In this document: positions 38,999 through 52,231 of the stretch, one piece after another
How the letters are laid out: the number at the start of each line of letters is the position of its first letter
Numbering within the stretch: position 1 is the first letter of the stretch
NCBI RefSeq assembly: GCF_004010195.1
Contig: NC_057719.1
Span: forward strand, 76,747,273-76,811,272
Source of the DNA: Chiloscyllium plagiosum
Taxonomy: Eukaryota
Direction: 5' to 3'
Length of the DNA stretch: 64,000 bases
The notes under the pieces: model-generated
Told to the model about the DNA's origin: nothing
What the model saw: only the letters and a program-made list of their open reading frames with translations
Database searches by the model: none
Made by a program: the position numbers and the translations under genes

Positions 38999-39764
38999 CT
39001 GCAAGTAAAAGAAAAGCATCTTGAATCTGGTTTCTTTATGAGAGACACTCTTTTGTATTTCACACCTCACCGGTATTGTCAGTGTTGGAGTTTTTACAAA
39101 ATCTCAGCCATTGTTACCACTCAGGAAAAGTTTAGGAGTCAGCTCATTCAGTCCCGCAAGCCTTATCCTTCATTCAATTTGGACTATGGCTAATTTCAGA
39201 CCCAGTTCCATTTTTCCATTGCATCTGCAGCCTTCATGGAGAAGGAGAGAATTTAAGATTTCCACTCTATTTGTGAGGGAAGTCATTTCACGATTTCAGT
39301 CTAAGTATTCTAGCTCTAAATTTATGATCATGTTTCCTTTATCTACACGATCCACGAGAGGAAATAGTTTCTCTAAACTGTTAAGCACAGTGAAGACACA
39401 TCCTATTCCTGACTTCCAAATAGAAAGGAAAGGAATACATAGGCCTCAAAAAGGACAAGAGACTGTAACAGTGCAGAGTCACCATGCTCTTCTTTTTCAG
39501 GTCCACGAAAACAGCAACCGGACCTGCCTGTTTACAAAACTAACACTGTGGCCCGCAGAAAGTCAACCTCTTTGAGAGAATCCTGATAAATTCAGGAAGG
39601 AAGGTATCTTCTTTATTAGGCCTGCAACATGTGTTTTCCAGAACAAGACAATCACATGAATCGCTAACTTCTTTGCACTAACCTGTAATAGTGGACTGTT
39701 CTCTTAAACACTCAAAGAAAATATGGTTAGCATGCACATTGAATGGAGATTATTAAGCTAGTGA

Positions 39765-40245
39765 GGGTTTAGAAGAGATTTAGCAGAATGTTATAGAGTA
39801 GGAAGGTTTGAGTTATAAAGAAAGACGGGATAGGCTGGGACTTTGTCCACTGGAGTGTAGGAGGTTGAACGGTGACCTTATAGAAGTTTATAAAATCATG
39901 AAGGACATGGATGGAGTTAATGTTAAGTGTCTTTTCCCGAGGATGGGGGATTTCAAGATTAAGGGGCATAATTTTAAGGTGAGAGGAGAGAGATTTTAAA
40001 AAGAAATGAGGGGAAAATATTTTACACAGAGAGTGGTTCACATGTGGAATGAAGTTGCTGAGGAAGTGGTGGATGTGGGCAGTTACAATGTTTAAAAAAC
40101 AATTATATAAGTGCATAAATAGTAAGGGTTTGGTGGGATATGGGTCAGGAACAGGCAGGTGGGACTAGGTTAGTTTGTGATTATGTTCAGCATGGACTGG
40201 TTGGACTAAAGTGTCTGTTTCCATGTTGTATGACTCTATGACTGT
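39765..40245 (+). mobile_element. CR1/HER1-type LINE 3' fragment (intronic, antisense to MAP3K9)
   Basis: SYKERRDRLGLCPLECRRLNGDLIEVYKIMK; tail tgactctatgact. Confidence 0.85.
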
Positions 40246-40968
40246 GTGAATCAGTACTATTGTGTTATATTTGGGGGTGAACAAACAAACTTTTTTTGTT
40301 AAACTCTCTAAATGCTTGCTGCCGCTCCCAAATTGCCCATACCTTGAGGAATTAAAAACATACATATTTTCCTCTCAAAAGCTTATTGTTCAGAAATGAC
40401 TGAGAAGGGAACAAGGATATTAGCAACTCTGTTGCAGGTACTTTCTAGTCAATCTGTGCAGAAATATATACATACATCTACTACAGGTGAGACCTGTGCC
40501 AAGGTTACCTGGCCCAGAGGTCGGGACACTACCAGTGCACCACATGAGCCCTCCCATAATTTGCAATTATATACTTAGATCTGCATTCTGAGGATTCATC
40601 AACTTGGTTAGTTGAACATACGCAACTATCTTGTTCACATAGAGAATGGCAGACTTCCCAAAAATTACAAAGAAGTTTCTGCAGGTAACTGGAAAAATAA
40701 TGAATGTTGGAGCCATTAATTCACGGCTAACTGCAAGATCTGGCACAAACAGTAAGCTCAATTAAGCTGTTGATGCTCATTGATAAAACCATGCGATGAT
40801 AGCCCAATTGAATCATTTACTGGTGGATCTGCTGACCATTGTGGAACAGCTTACCCAGTAAAACCTAGCACCTTCAGCAAAGAATGTGTGAAGAATAGAA
40901 ACAAAACAAAAAAATGAACAATTAATGCAACAAAATTTAATTTTTAAAATGGTGCACATTTTCCATAC

Positions 40969-41081
40969 CTATTTCAATGAGGCTGGCAAACTCTGGGACA
41001 GTAGGAATGGGTCGATGGTTTTTCCCCAGATTGGGAGCACTGGAGGACCACTGCTTGTTTCCATCAATCAGGTGCTTAAGG
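40969..41081 (-). CDS. MAP3K9: MAP3K9 coding exon
   Basis: [38 protein letters not shown] ([13 protein letters not shown] motif); acceptor ctccaag, donor gtatgg; 113 bp, phase 2 to 1. Confidence 0.93.
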
Positions 41082-44000
41082 CTTGGAGAAGGGAAATAAA
41101 GAGAAATAACTCAGTAATGATCAGTGTATGCATAGTTTGCAGGACATGCTTCAATACATTTAATGTTTCTCTCTCTTTAAGAGTACAAGATGATCGCTTT
41201 TCATGGCACACATCCCATGTCTTCACCTCCTGGAGCGACACATTAACTGCGATACTTCTGCAGGGGTGGGTTGGGGGTCTCCTGTCAACATTGATGTGTT
41301 CACCAAGGGACGTGACAATATAGCAGTAAATCTATTTTCTCTCTCTTTAACGCTCCATCTGAAATTTCATACAGCTGAAATCAAAATTTCTGGAGGCAGT
41401 GAGAGGTGGGCTTGGAGTGAGGATAAGCTTCCCATGTGTCATTTTTCCATTTATCTACCATGGGACCCCTTAGTTTTTCCTGACCATTATTAGATGCAAT
41501 CCAGTTTGACCATGACGGCTAAGGCTGAGACAGACAGGTTTTTTGGAATCTCAGAGAATCAAGGATAATGGGAGTATTCATAAAGTTGGAATTAAAGCTA
41601 AGGAGTAACCATGAACTTCCATGACTGGGAGCACTGTGTCAGAGTCACTACCTCTGAACAAGAAGCTGCATGTTCAACTCCATCCCTGGAGATGTGATAT
41701 CCAAGAAAGATGCTTAGTTAAACCAATTGGTTACCAATCCTATTGTACAGAATGGCAGAGCAAGCTCAAGGGACCACATGGTCCACTCCATTTCCTATTT
41801 TTATATTCAATAAATTACAGATTATCTTAATATAAATTACCAATTCAAAGCAATACTGTTATCATTAAGGATGCTGACCAAGAGGATTAATTAGTTCACT
41901 AGTCCCCAGTGTGATTTGATTATCCACACACTGAACTGAACATAGTAGAAAGTGTGTCCAATATCTCTGTATGGTCAAGAGCTAAAAGGAGGCATGGAGC
42001 GTTTTTCTTACAATTTACTAAGCCTCTACTGACTAACAATCATGTTAATTAGTTGTCAATGTTGCAAATAATTGGAAATTAACATAATGCAATCTGATGC
42101 AGCTTTGGTATTTTTCACTCAACTAGTAAGCTCCTGTCTGTTTGAGCTTTGCAATCACATCTTAAATAAATCCAGATGGGACCAAGACTCAAAGATTCAA
42201 CAAGCATGCACTTGTTCATCCAAACATTAATTACAGACCTTCGCCTTTCCATTTTAATTAAAATGTAACATGCCACCCTGTGGCTTAGATGTGCTGACAA
42301 TTTTCATGCAAATTTTACTGCATAATCTCACCAGCAAACATTCCAAATAAAAAAAATACATTTATTAGACAGTTATATTTTTGAACCTACAAGTAAAAAT
42401 CCAGGTGATAACAATGTCAGGGTCTGCATGGCTTAATGAAACAATTAGTAAACAATACTCATGATAAATTCATGTTATCTCAAGTTAGCGGAAGTCATCT
42501 TGGCCTGATGTTCTGTAGAATGTTTTTGAATCCATCTTATAATGAAGCTTTATGCAGAAGGGCTTATTAAGGTAATATTATACTGGGATCATTTACAGAG
42601 TTGATTGTGTACAGAAATGCCGTGCATTTAGATTGACTTGCTTATGATTCCATTGTGAATCCACAAATGGGCCAAGCTGCAATGCAGACAAAAAAGTAGA
42701 CAAGTTGTAGAGTCTTGATTGAATAAACGAGTCAAGCTTTTGACTGAGTATGTTATCAAATAGATAAAGCCTACTGCTATCTCCAAATCAACTCTACAAG
42801 AATATCCCAGAACAGGGTTTCTCAAACTGAAAATCAAGTCCACAATTTCTTGGGGTCACAAACTTCAAGGCAGCAGTGGCTGCTGTAGATCTCTGACCTT
42901 GTTACCACAGCTACGAAGCCTCTTCACATCTGCATAATTTTGTAATGGTGACTGTGGCCTAATGACAGAACTTGGACAGCCAGTATCGCAGCATTGTTAT
43001 AGTACAGAAAGAGGACATTTGACCCATCATGTCTGCACCCAATTGCTACTTCAAAAAAGCCAGTGCAAATATGGTTTTTCAAAAAAACCCTTAAGATTAA
43101 AGATTTTGCTTCCCACCCCACCAACCTCATCCTGGATCTCCAGTAACATACCATTCTCAGTCACCATACCCCAAATCTCTCCAATCTTAGTTGCTACTGT
43201 TGGGTCATGGCACTTTTCAAGCTTTGAAATAGAGTCACAGCTATAAAATGACTGAAGAAATGCTACAGAAAAATGATTGATCATTTTGAGAATTGCTGAA
43301 AAAGGAAACATTTTGTCAAAGCTGTTCAGCTTGCACTGATCAGGATAATTTCAATACCGCCAGTATTGTACAAATAAACAACATAAACAATATTTATACT
43401 CATGAGAAGTCAGTGCTGATTAGTTAACAAGTCGACTTTGGTTGAGGTATTTCATTGACAGTTAACAATGCCTGGCAGTTAACTGTCAATCAGCGTTAAT
43501 GGGTATTTTCTCCATGGCATCTTGCATTTTGTCCTCATGAATACGAGATAGAAAGCTTTGACAAAGGGTACAATGTAAACCAAAATTTGGGATAGCAACA
43601 ACTTTTCACTTTGTTGAACACAATTAGGGGGAATATGGATAATGCTTTGGAGGCAAGGGTTCAAACTTAACTTAGCAGCTGTTGGATTTTAAATTCAATT
43701 GATTAAACAAAAACATTTCTGAAATGAAGGCTAGTCTCGGTAATGAAACTATAACTGAATGTCATAAAAACACAACGGGTACACTAATGTCCTTTAGGGA
43801 AAGAAATTTATTATCCTTCTCTTGTCTGGCCTATATGTGACTTCAGACCCAGAGCAATATGGTTGACTCAAAGTAAAATGAGGGATGTGGCAACAAATGC
43901 TGGCCTTGCCCATTTACATTTTTAAAACCTCATTTTCTCAAGGAGTGCAGTTCCTTTTAAATTATGGTTTTCTAACAATAAGCATTACATTTAGCTACTG

Positions 44001-46361
44001 CAAGGGAAAGTGAATTCTGTTTAAACAAGGCCAAAGTCCATTCTACATCTTAAAAGTACATTTTGCAACTCTCTGTGGCCACTCTTGGGTAGTGAGGATG
44101 GGATTTTTCTATTCAAGTTTATTCCAGGTTAATTTCCAAATCAATTTACATCATCTGGTCCTGTGTCCAGAAGCAAAACAAAATAGAATGAAGTTTCCAG
44201 AGCAAACTGAAATTAATTTGATGAATATTGACAGAAATTAATATGTCATTGACCTTTCTGCTAGACATCAACCTCCAATTTTATAAACACAAAGTAACTA
44301 CCATATTCAACAATTTCTAACTTCAGTTAAATATTCCTAACAATCACAGGATAACTGCTGATGCCAATGTATCTTTCTCATCTGGGGAAAATCTAATTTC
44401 TTCTGAAAAATGCTGAACACTATTGCTGTTGAGTTCTTCTTAGGAATACAGCAGACAAAATATTGCACCTTCAAGCGAAACAAGAAATCTATGAACACTT
44501 CAGTCTGCCTGTACAGAACTGATTCAAATACTATTTGCTCAAAGGTAAAAATGGAATGGATTTATTTTGAGGTTTGAGAATTACATTAAAATCATTTAGA
44601 ATAAGTAATACTCTGCGCAATTTGTGCATTTTATTTCTTCTTCTTTCTACCCACTCAATTGCAGGCCACTCTGACAATGTTATGGACTGAATCACACAAA
44701 CTGTATCATGATTTGTTAGATAAATCTTTTATTTGATTTTAACTCCAGACACCTGGAGTTTGAAATGATACTCAAATTTTATATTTAATTCTATTTTGTA
44801 AAATGGATACATGACTAATTAAGCTTTTCAATGACTTTGCAGAGAACACATTTTGAGGAGGCAACATCCTATTCTACTATCCTAGTTCACCTCACAGTGT
44901 CAGATATCCTACCATTTCTTTCTCCTGAGCTTCCCCCCCATATTTGACTCAACCAATGCATGTCATAGCAGTGGTTTGACATTTGAACCGCTCTCTGAAT
45001 GAATAAGAAATAGAAACCGAAAATATGTTGACCTGAAATTTTAACTTTGTTTCTCTCTCACTAAATGCTGTTGGATCTGCTGGTCTTTTCTAGCAATGTC
45101 ACCATTTGCAGATTGCTCGCAGCAGCAAATATTTTATCCCTTCCCTCGATAAATAGGTTGCTCATGCATTTGGTCATTTGATTTGTTCGTGAAAATCTAT
45201 TATGTTTGGTCCTAGTTCTGAACTGTCCAAAGTGAAAACAATTTTCTGTATATCTACCAGAGATGATATCTAACCTTCTCCACAACCACGTCCCTTTCGT
45301 TGATGCCAATATCATACAGTGAGGAAGGATTGTGATAACTATTATTATTTTTATTATTACCACACCATTTTCATCCTATGCATCTCGTGGAGTAGGTGTA
45401 ATACACCAATAGCTGCATTAAAACAACTTAGGCAGCATAAGATCTATAGCTGGGCAGCTGCACAAAGGCTACTGCCTGTGGAAAAAGATAGAGAGAAGGA
45501 GGGAGGGTATGAAATGAAATAGTGTGGGTAAGGGCTGAAATTTAGGAAGATGTGGTTAATCAAACAGGAGAGATAAATCTATAAAGAAAAGTATTAATAT
45601 GTGAAATTATAAGGAGATGATAACAGAAGAGGTAGAAAGTACAAATCTACAAGCAAATCAACTGATTACAAAAATAACAAAATGAACTAAACTGAAGGGT
45701 CTCTAACTGAATGCATGCAGCACTCAAAATAAAACACAGATGACCTGTTTGCGCAAATAAACTTACATAAACAAGTAAGTATGATCCGATAGCCAGACTG
45801 CAGGATGACATATACTGGGACCTGAATATTGGACAGCACATGAGATTTAGAAAGAACATGAAGCTAGGAATAGGTAGACCAGGTGGTTCTGATAATTTAT
45901 TGTGCTGATACCATCATCATGAGAGATGGTCTATGTGCAGGAAACCAGGATTGGAAGCGTTTTGAGCAGAGATAAGAAATGATAGAAGTCAATTGCTGGA
46001 ATGGTGTACAGGCTCTTTAACAGTCACTGCATGGTGGGATGGTGTATAAAGGAAAACATAATGGGAACATGTCAGAAAGGTACAGCGGTACTCACAGTCA
46101 TAGGAGATTTTAATCTACATATTAATCATAACAAAAAGGAAAATGAGAAGTATGAGGAAAAAGGCACTGAGACATCCAAAAATAGCTTTTTTTGAAAGTG
46201 CATGTTCATTCAGGGGACATGAGCTTCTCTCACTAGATCAGTATTTGTTCCCCTCCCTGGTTGCCCTTGGGAAGGGGTGGTGAGCTACCTTCTTGAACTG
46301 TTCTTCTTGAATTCCAAGATTTTGACCCAGTGACCTAAGGAACATTGACATATTTTAAAAT

Positions 46362-46566
46362 CAGGGAGAAAGTGAGGACTGCAGATGTTGGAGATCAGAG
46401 TTGAAAAGTGTGGCACTGGAAAGCACAACAGGTCAAGCAGCATCCGAGAAGCAGGAGAGTCAACATTTCGGGCACATTCCTGATGAAGGACTTGTGTCCG
46501 AAACATCAATTCTCCTGCTCCTTGGATGCTGCCTGACCTGCTGTGCTTTTCCAGTGCCACATTTCA
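46362..46566. mobile_element. Palindromic PLE family 1 pseudo-LTR insertion, older copy
   Basis: Imperfect inverted arms about 46400-46475 and 46493-46566; degenerate flanking duplication atattttaaaatcagg / acatttcaaagtcagg. Confidence 0.8.
46476..46510 (+). ncRNA. Minimal hammerhead ribozyme core
   Basis: CUGAUGA-A-GGAC-uugu-GUCC-GAAA-CAUC. Confidence 0.6.
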
Positions 46567-48783
46567 AAGTCAGGATGATGACTGGCTTGGAGGGGAACTT
46601 GCATGTGGTTTTGTCCTATGTACCTGCTGCCCTTATCTTTCTACACTGTAGTGCTGTAGGTTTGGAAACTGCTGTCTAAGGATCCATGGGGAATTTCTGC
46701 AGTGGATTATATACTACTACTGCAAATTAGTGTAGGTGGTGGAGTGCTTTTTTGTGAAAGTAGTGCCTATTCAAGGAGACTGCTTTGTGCTGGACGGTGT
46801 CAAACGTTTTGAGTGCTGTTGGAGGTACACTCATCCAGGCAAGTAGGGAGTATTCCATCACATGCTCGACTTATGCCTTGTAAATGGCAGACAAGCTTTG
46901 GGAAGTCAAGTGAGTTTCTCGCTGCAGGATTTCTAGCCCCTTGTGGCCACAGTAATTACATGGCTTTTCCAGTTTAATTTCTGGTCAACGGTAACCCCCA
47001 GAATGTTGATAGTGGTTGAATCAGTGATGGTAATGCTGTTGAATATCACGGGGTGATGATAGTAAACGTTTCTTCAGACATATAACACAGACAACATTGG
47101 TCTTATAGAGAATAAGTCTGGAGAAATTAATCATGGAAAATTGAATTGACCAGCTATTTTGCATTTATGCTCACTATAGATGACACAAATAACAAACCAG
47201 TAACAACTTAGTGACAAATCAAGAAATGGAACAAAGGGAGGGACTCAAGAAAATTCTAATACCAAGGAAATGGCACTGACCTCTGGGCTGCCAAATCCTC
47301 AGGTCCTGATAGACTTCATCTTAGAGTCTGAAAAGTGAGGCTATTGAGATAACTGTTGCGTTGGTTTTAATTTTCCAAAGTTCCCTAGATTTGGGGAATG
47401 CTCCACCAGATTTGAGAATAGCTCCATTATTCAAAAAGGGTAGGAGACAGAAATAGGAAACCACAGGCCACTTACCTTAACATCTGAAGGTGTTAGTAAC
47501 TATTATTAAAAGCATTATAGCACTGCATTTACAACATTTCAAGATAATCAGGCAGAGTCAGTATGGACTGTGAAAAGGAGATCGTGATTAACTAACGTAT
47601 TTATTTGAAGAATTAACACAAATAAAGGGGAAACCAGTGGAGTTAGGTTTTCTAAAGACATTCACTAAGATACTGTATCAAGCGTTATTGCAGAGACATA
47701 AATGCTCATGGTTTAATGGGTAACATATTGCCGTGGATAGACGACTGGATAATCAATAGAGAACAAAATAGGTACAAGGGGTCATTTTCTGTTTGGCAAT
47801 TTGTAACAAGTGGTATACTACAGGAAATCAGTGCTGGGCCTTAATTTTTACAATTTATATAAATGACTCGGATGAAGGGACCAGAAGTACAGTTGAAAGA
47901 TTTGCCGACACTAGAAAGGTAGGTAGCGAAGTAAATTGTAAAAAGGGAATGAATTGGCTACGAAGGGATGTTGATAGGCTAAGTGTATAGGCAAGGATCT
48001 GGCAAATAGGTTATAATGTGGGAAAACAATAATACATCTTAACTTTAGCAGGAAGAATAAAAAAGAAGCAACATTATGTAAATGGTGAGAGATCACAGAG
48101 CTCAGAGATGCAGAACGATCTAGCTATTTTAGCGCATGAATTGCAAAAGGTAAGAATGTAGTTAGAGCAAATAATTATGAAAGTTAACTGAATGTTATTA
48201 TTTATTGCAAAGGTAATTGAATACATAAGTAGGAAGAGTATGCTTTAGTTACACTGCAGTTGTTGAAATTGCTTCTGGAGTACTGCGTGTAAAATCGACT
48301 TTCTCAAAACTACTAACGTGCCTTTAATTGCCAGAGCCCTAATCTCTGAAATTCCTTCCCATCGCTCTGTCTCTCAAGATGCTCCTCAAAATTTACCTTT
48401 TTGATGAAATTGTTGTGCATGTGCTCTAACATCTCCGCCTACGGGTTGGTTTCGAATTTTACTTGATAACATTGCTTCAAAGAGTTTTGGAACATTGTAC
48501 TATGTTATTGTTGCAAACTGAGGGGCTGTCACACTTGTTAAGAAACTCACGTGAGAGATTCAGGGTTTCAATGTTGGAGCTTATCACTGATCCACTGTCC
48601 CTCTGATTGCAATGCAATGCTGGAGGTCACGGGAGTTATCCCAATAATAATACTCTGCAGTCAAAAAGCTGCAAGTTTCCCTCAGAATGTAACTAAAAAA
48701 AGGTTTGTTAGAAATTACAATAAGCCCACTGACTGTAACATGAACAAGCATAGAGTTGATGTTGTATAATGCTTTACTCTTAC

Positions 48784-48937
48784 CTATCTTCCCCACCAGT
48801 AAGATCCTTTTGATGTAAAGAACTGGGGCCCCACGTCCAGCCCTTCTTTTTCTGTCCTTTCTTTTCTTCCTCATCACACTCTTCTCGCTGAAACACTGAA
48901 CTGCGACTCCAGGTCTTATTGCTTTCACCTGGTGTTA
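48784..48937 (-). CDS. MAP3K9: MAP3K9 coding exon
   Basis: LTPGESNKTWSRSSVFQREECDEEEK...KKGWTWGPSS...GGED; acceptor ttcatag, donor gtaaga; 154 bp, phase 1 to 2. Confidence 0.93.
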
Positions 48938-51256
48938 CTATGAAGAGGTTAAAAAGATGGCCGTTTATCCCAGTAGTTTCATATCAGTCACTGGTGAAAT
49001 AATTTAATGTTATTCAACATGTAAGACTTTTATACAAAAACGTATGAATTGTCCAGCAATGGTACACATTTAGAACATCACGCTAAAGGACCAGATACAG
49101 CTCAGATGTTGTTGACCAAACATCGGAACTGACAATGATTTCCTTCCCAACTTTTCCCCCCAGAAAAATGCACATTTCAAAGGTCTTCTGGTACCCACCA
49201 TCACATTGTTATTTAATGGATGCAAATCTAGAGACTGCAATTTGACCACAAGAACTTCACAGCTTATCCTGATCCGATCCCAAAGTTGCCAAACATGCAT
49301 TTTCAGCAGAGGCTATTGGGGTACTAGTCATGAGTGATAATCCTCAAACTGCTTTTTTTCCAACTCTGACATGGGATAATTAGCTAGACATTTCCGCCTG
49401 CATTTTCAAACATTAATTCAACAACATCAGGTAGGCAATATCCAGGAGAACTCAAGTTGCAAGGTGGACTGCTAGTTTTCACAGCAGAAACAATGGAAAT
49501 GCAAACCATAGACTGCAAAACACTCTATACTGTGTGGAATTTAGATCATAATATTTGAATTAAATGTTGACTTTTAACCTTCCATTTGTTCCAATTAAAG
49601 ACTATTTGAAATCATTTCTGTTTTGTTATAAAAGGTGTTGTAAGATTAATTGAAACTTAATTTAATTCGAAATTTTGGTGCTTTATTAGTACAATCAGTA
49701 CACTCTCCTTCAACAATGTGCCTTTGTCATGGATGTCAAAACCAATTCCACTCTAAGCCATTGCATCACTGTATCATTAACCTTGCCAATTCTGGCTGTG
49801 CTTGCAACATGAGATGCTCCCAAATTTAAACCACACAACAAATATGGAGGAATAAAGCTATTCAGCTAATCCAAGTGTAGTTAATGAAAAAAAAATCCTT
49901 TGGTCTCTCACTTCGCTTTCTTTGCCATTTGCGTCATGACATCCAACTGCCTTTTGAATGACCCCCAAATGTTGCATCCTCTCTCAGAACCCAAAATCTA
50001 TTCCATCTGTCAGATCAAATGCTGTACAAAAAAACTTTCTGATATCAATTCTGATGTCAAAGTGACCTAAAGTCGGGCTCTTTGTAGCACAAAATTATAG
50101 GCAATGCAATGCTGACAGCAATTGTAAGAAGTCATGAGATAAGTAACTCAAATTGGTCCAATTTCCAATGATAAGATTTTCCATTTTACCAATTACTAAA
50201 ATCAATTTAAACTAGGCCATTGACTGTTTCTGAAACAGATTAACATCAAAGTCCAAGAGGCAGCAGTTGACTGTGTATTTTGGATAAATTGGAGGGGTTT
50301 GGGATCTGTTTGGTTTCTCCAAGTCTTAGATGTTGAAATACCAGCCGAGAGGGTGGGAGAGGAGTTGTTATCTGATAACTCTATAGCTTAGCCATTCAAA
50401 GTGTGCTCAGTGTTTCAAAGTCTAGCTGGGTAACTTTAGGATTGAGACAAAGACAGTAGAAAGCCAATTAAGTTTTCGCATTGAGCAAAAATAATTCATG
50501 AGTCCAAATGTCACAATGTTGGAAGTTAATTAACTCTTGAAAAGTGATAAAAATTAAGGATTGTCATCATAATTGAATTGATTAGCTCAGCAATCCTCCA
50601 CTTTGAACAGAGGCTGAATGAGAGCCTAAGTTGGATATGTGATAAGTTACCCAAAGGGCTTCACTGAAAATTTGAAAACTACTTATGTTTGTCAAATTTG
50701 TTTAGATAAAGAGACCATTATTTTTGTGAAATCATTCCTTTGGCAGAGAGGCATGACTAATGCTCAATCCAGTTTCTTTACCAACAGTTTGCTTATTCAG
50801 GCTGAGGTTATTACAACTGGGGTTATCCAGTTACTTCTCATCATACACTCCTCCTGCATAATATATTCACCAGAGAGAACTGCACAAACCCAACAGATAA
50901 CTATTGTCTAGCAACCTACGTAAATTGAATACAGTTGCTAATTTCTTTACATTACTTCTGAATAAACTCACTCGCTAGTTTTCAGCTTGAATTACACGAT
51001 TGGTCATCCCTCAGAGACTAAGATGGGATCCTAGATCACTTTCAGTGCCTATTTTAACAACTGAGATGGTCCATGACTCTGCTCAATAAATGATGTCATG
51101 TTTTGGATGCAAAAATGATCAAATCAGAATGAAGCATTAGTTATGGCGCAAAAAGATGCAATGGAAAGATGCCTGAACTATATGATTCAAGATTTAAAAG
51201 GGAGCTGGATTGATAACCTGTTGAGAAAAACAATTGAGGATGACAGAAATTAACAG

Positions 51257-51470
51257 GAGAAAGTGAAGTCTGCAGATGCTGGAGATCAAAGTTGAAACTT
51301 TATTGCTGGAACAGCACAGCAGGTCAGGCAGCATCCAGGGAACAGGAGATTCGACGTTTCGGGCACAGGCCGAATTCCTGAAGAAGGGCCTGTGCCCGAA
51401 ACGTCGAATCTCCTGTTCCCTGGATGCTGCCTGACCTGCTGTGCTGTTCCAGCAATAAAGTTTCAACAAC
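51257..51470. mobile_element. Palindromic PLE family 1 pseudo-LTR insertion, young copy with 15-bp TSD
   Basis: Perfect 81-bp inverted arms 51291-51371 and 51387-51467; direct repeat GACAGAAATTAACAG at 51242-51256 and 51471-51485. Confidence 0.92.
51374..51409 (+). ncRNA. Minimal type I hammerhead ribozyme
   Basis: auuc-CUGAAGA-A-GGGC-cugu-GCCC-GAAA-CGUC-gaau: 4-bp stem I, 4-bp stem II, palindromic ACGU, GUC cleavage triplet. Confidence 0.78.
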
Positions 51471-52231
51471 GACAGAAATTAACAGCATTGCTTGATTTAT
51501 TTCTCCCCCAAAGGGATACAGATAGCATTTCAAAAACAGAGTGGGAATAGAGGAGAGTTGCAAGATGGAATACACAGCCTGTGAATGGAGCAGAGATAGT
51601 GAATGAAATTAAATCTGAAGTTCACCTTAGAATTTGTTGTAAACCAGTGTGGCTCCTTCGAGCTACAGTCATTGTTTATGAAAAAGATCCATTTGAAATA
51701 AATTCAATAATTCTAATTAATTGCATCAAAACCAAAACTAATTTAGATAATGAAAACTATCTGGCAGCACAGCAGAAAGGAGAGTTCATTTTGTTTTTAC
51801 TTCACTCAGAGAATGTTGGCAGTGCTGGCTGGGCCAGTGTCGCTGCCAAAGCCTACATACCCTTGAGAAAATGATGGTGAGTTATCTTCTTGAACTGGTT
51901 CAGTCTATTTAATGTGGGTACTCCACAATGCTCTTAGGGAAAATAGTTCCAAGATTTTGTCACAGTAACACTGAAGGAACAGTGATATGTTTGGCGATCA
52001 ATTGTACAGAAGTCTGGGTAGTCTGCCCTGGAGTACTGTGTGCAGTTTTCCTGTCACAAGAAAGATACAGGAAGTGCAAAGGTTCGCCAGACTTCTTCCC
52101 AAGATGGTGGGACTGTCTTGTGAAGAGAGATTGGGAAAACTGGGCCTATATTGTCTAGTTTCTCAAAGAATGATCTAATTGAAACCCACAAAATACCTGC
52201 AGGGATGGACAGGGTAGATGCAGGTAAAATG

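Larger units (their letters stand above)
45680..48300 (+). mobile_element. Old CR1 LINE (endonuclease to RT remnants) interrupted by a minus-strand family B LINE (about 46200-47060)
   Basis: VIGDFNL near 46100; ccattattcaaaaagggt; IFTIYINDSDEG..RFADT near 47845-47910; insert is the reverse complement of the family B 3' end. Confidence 0.7.
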
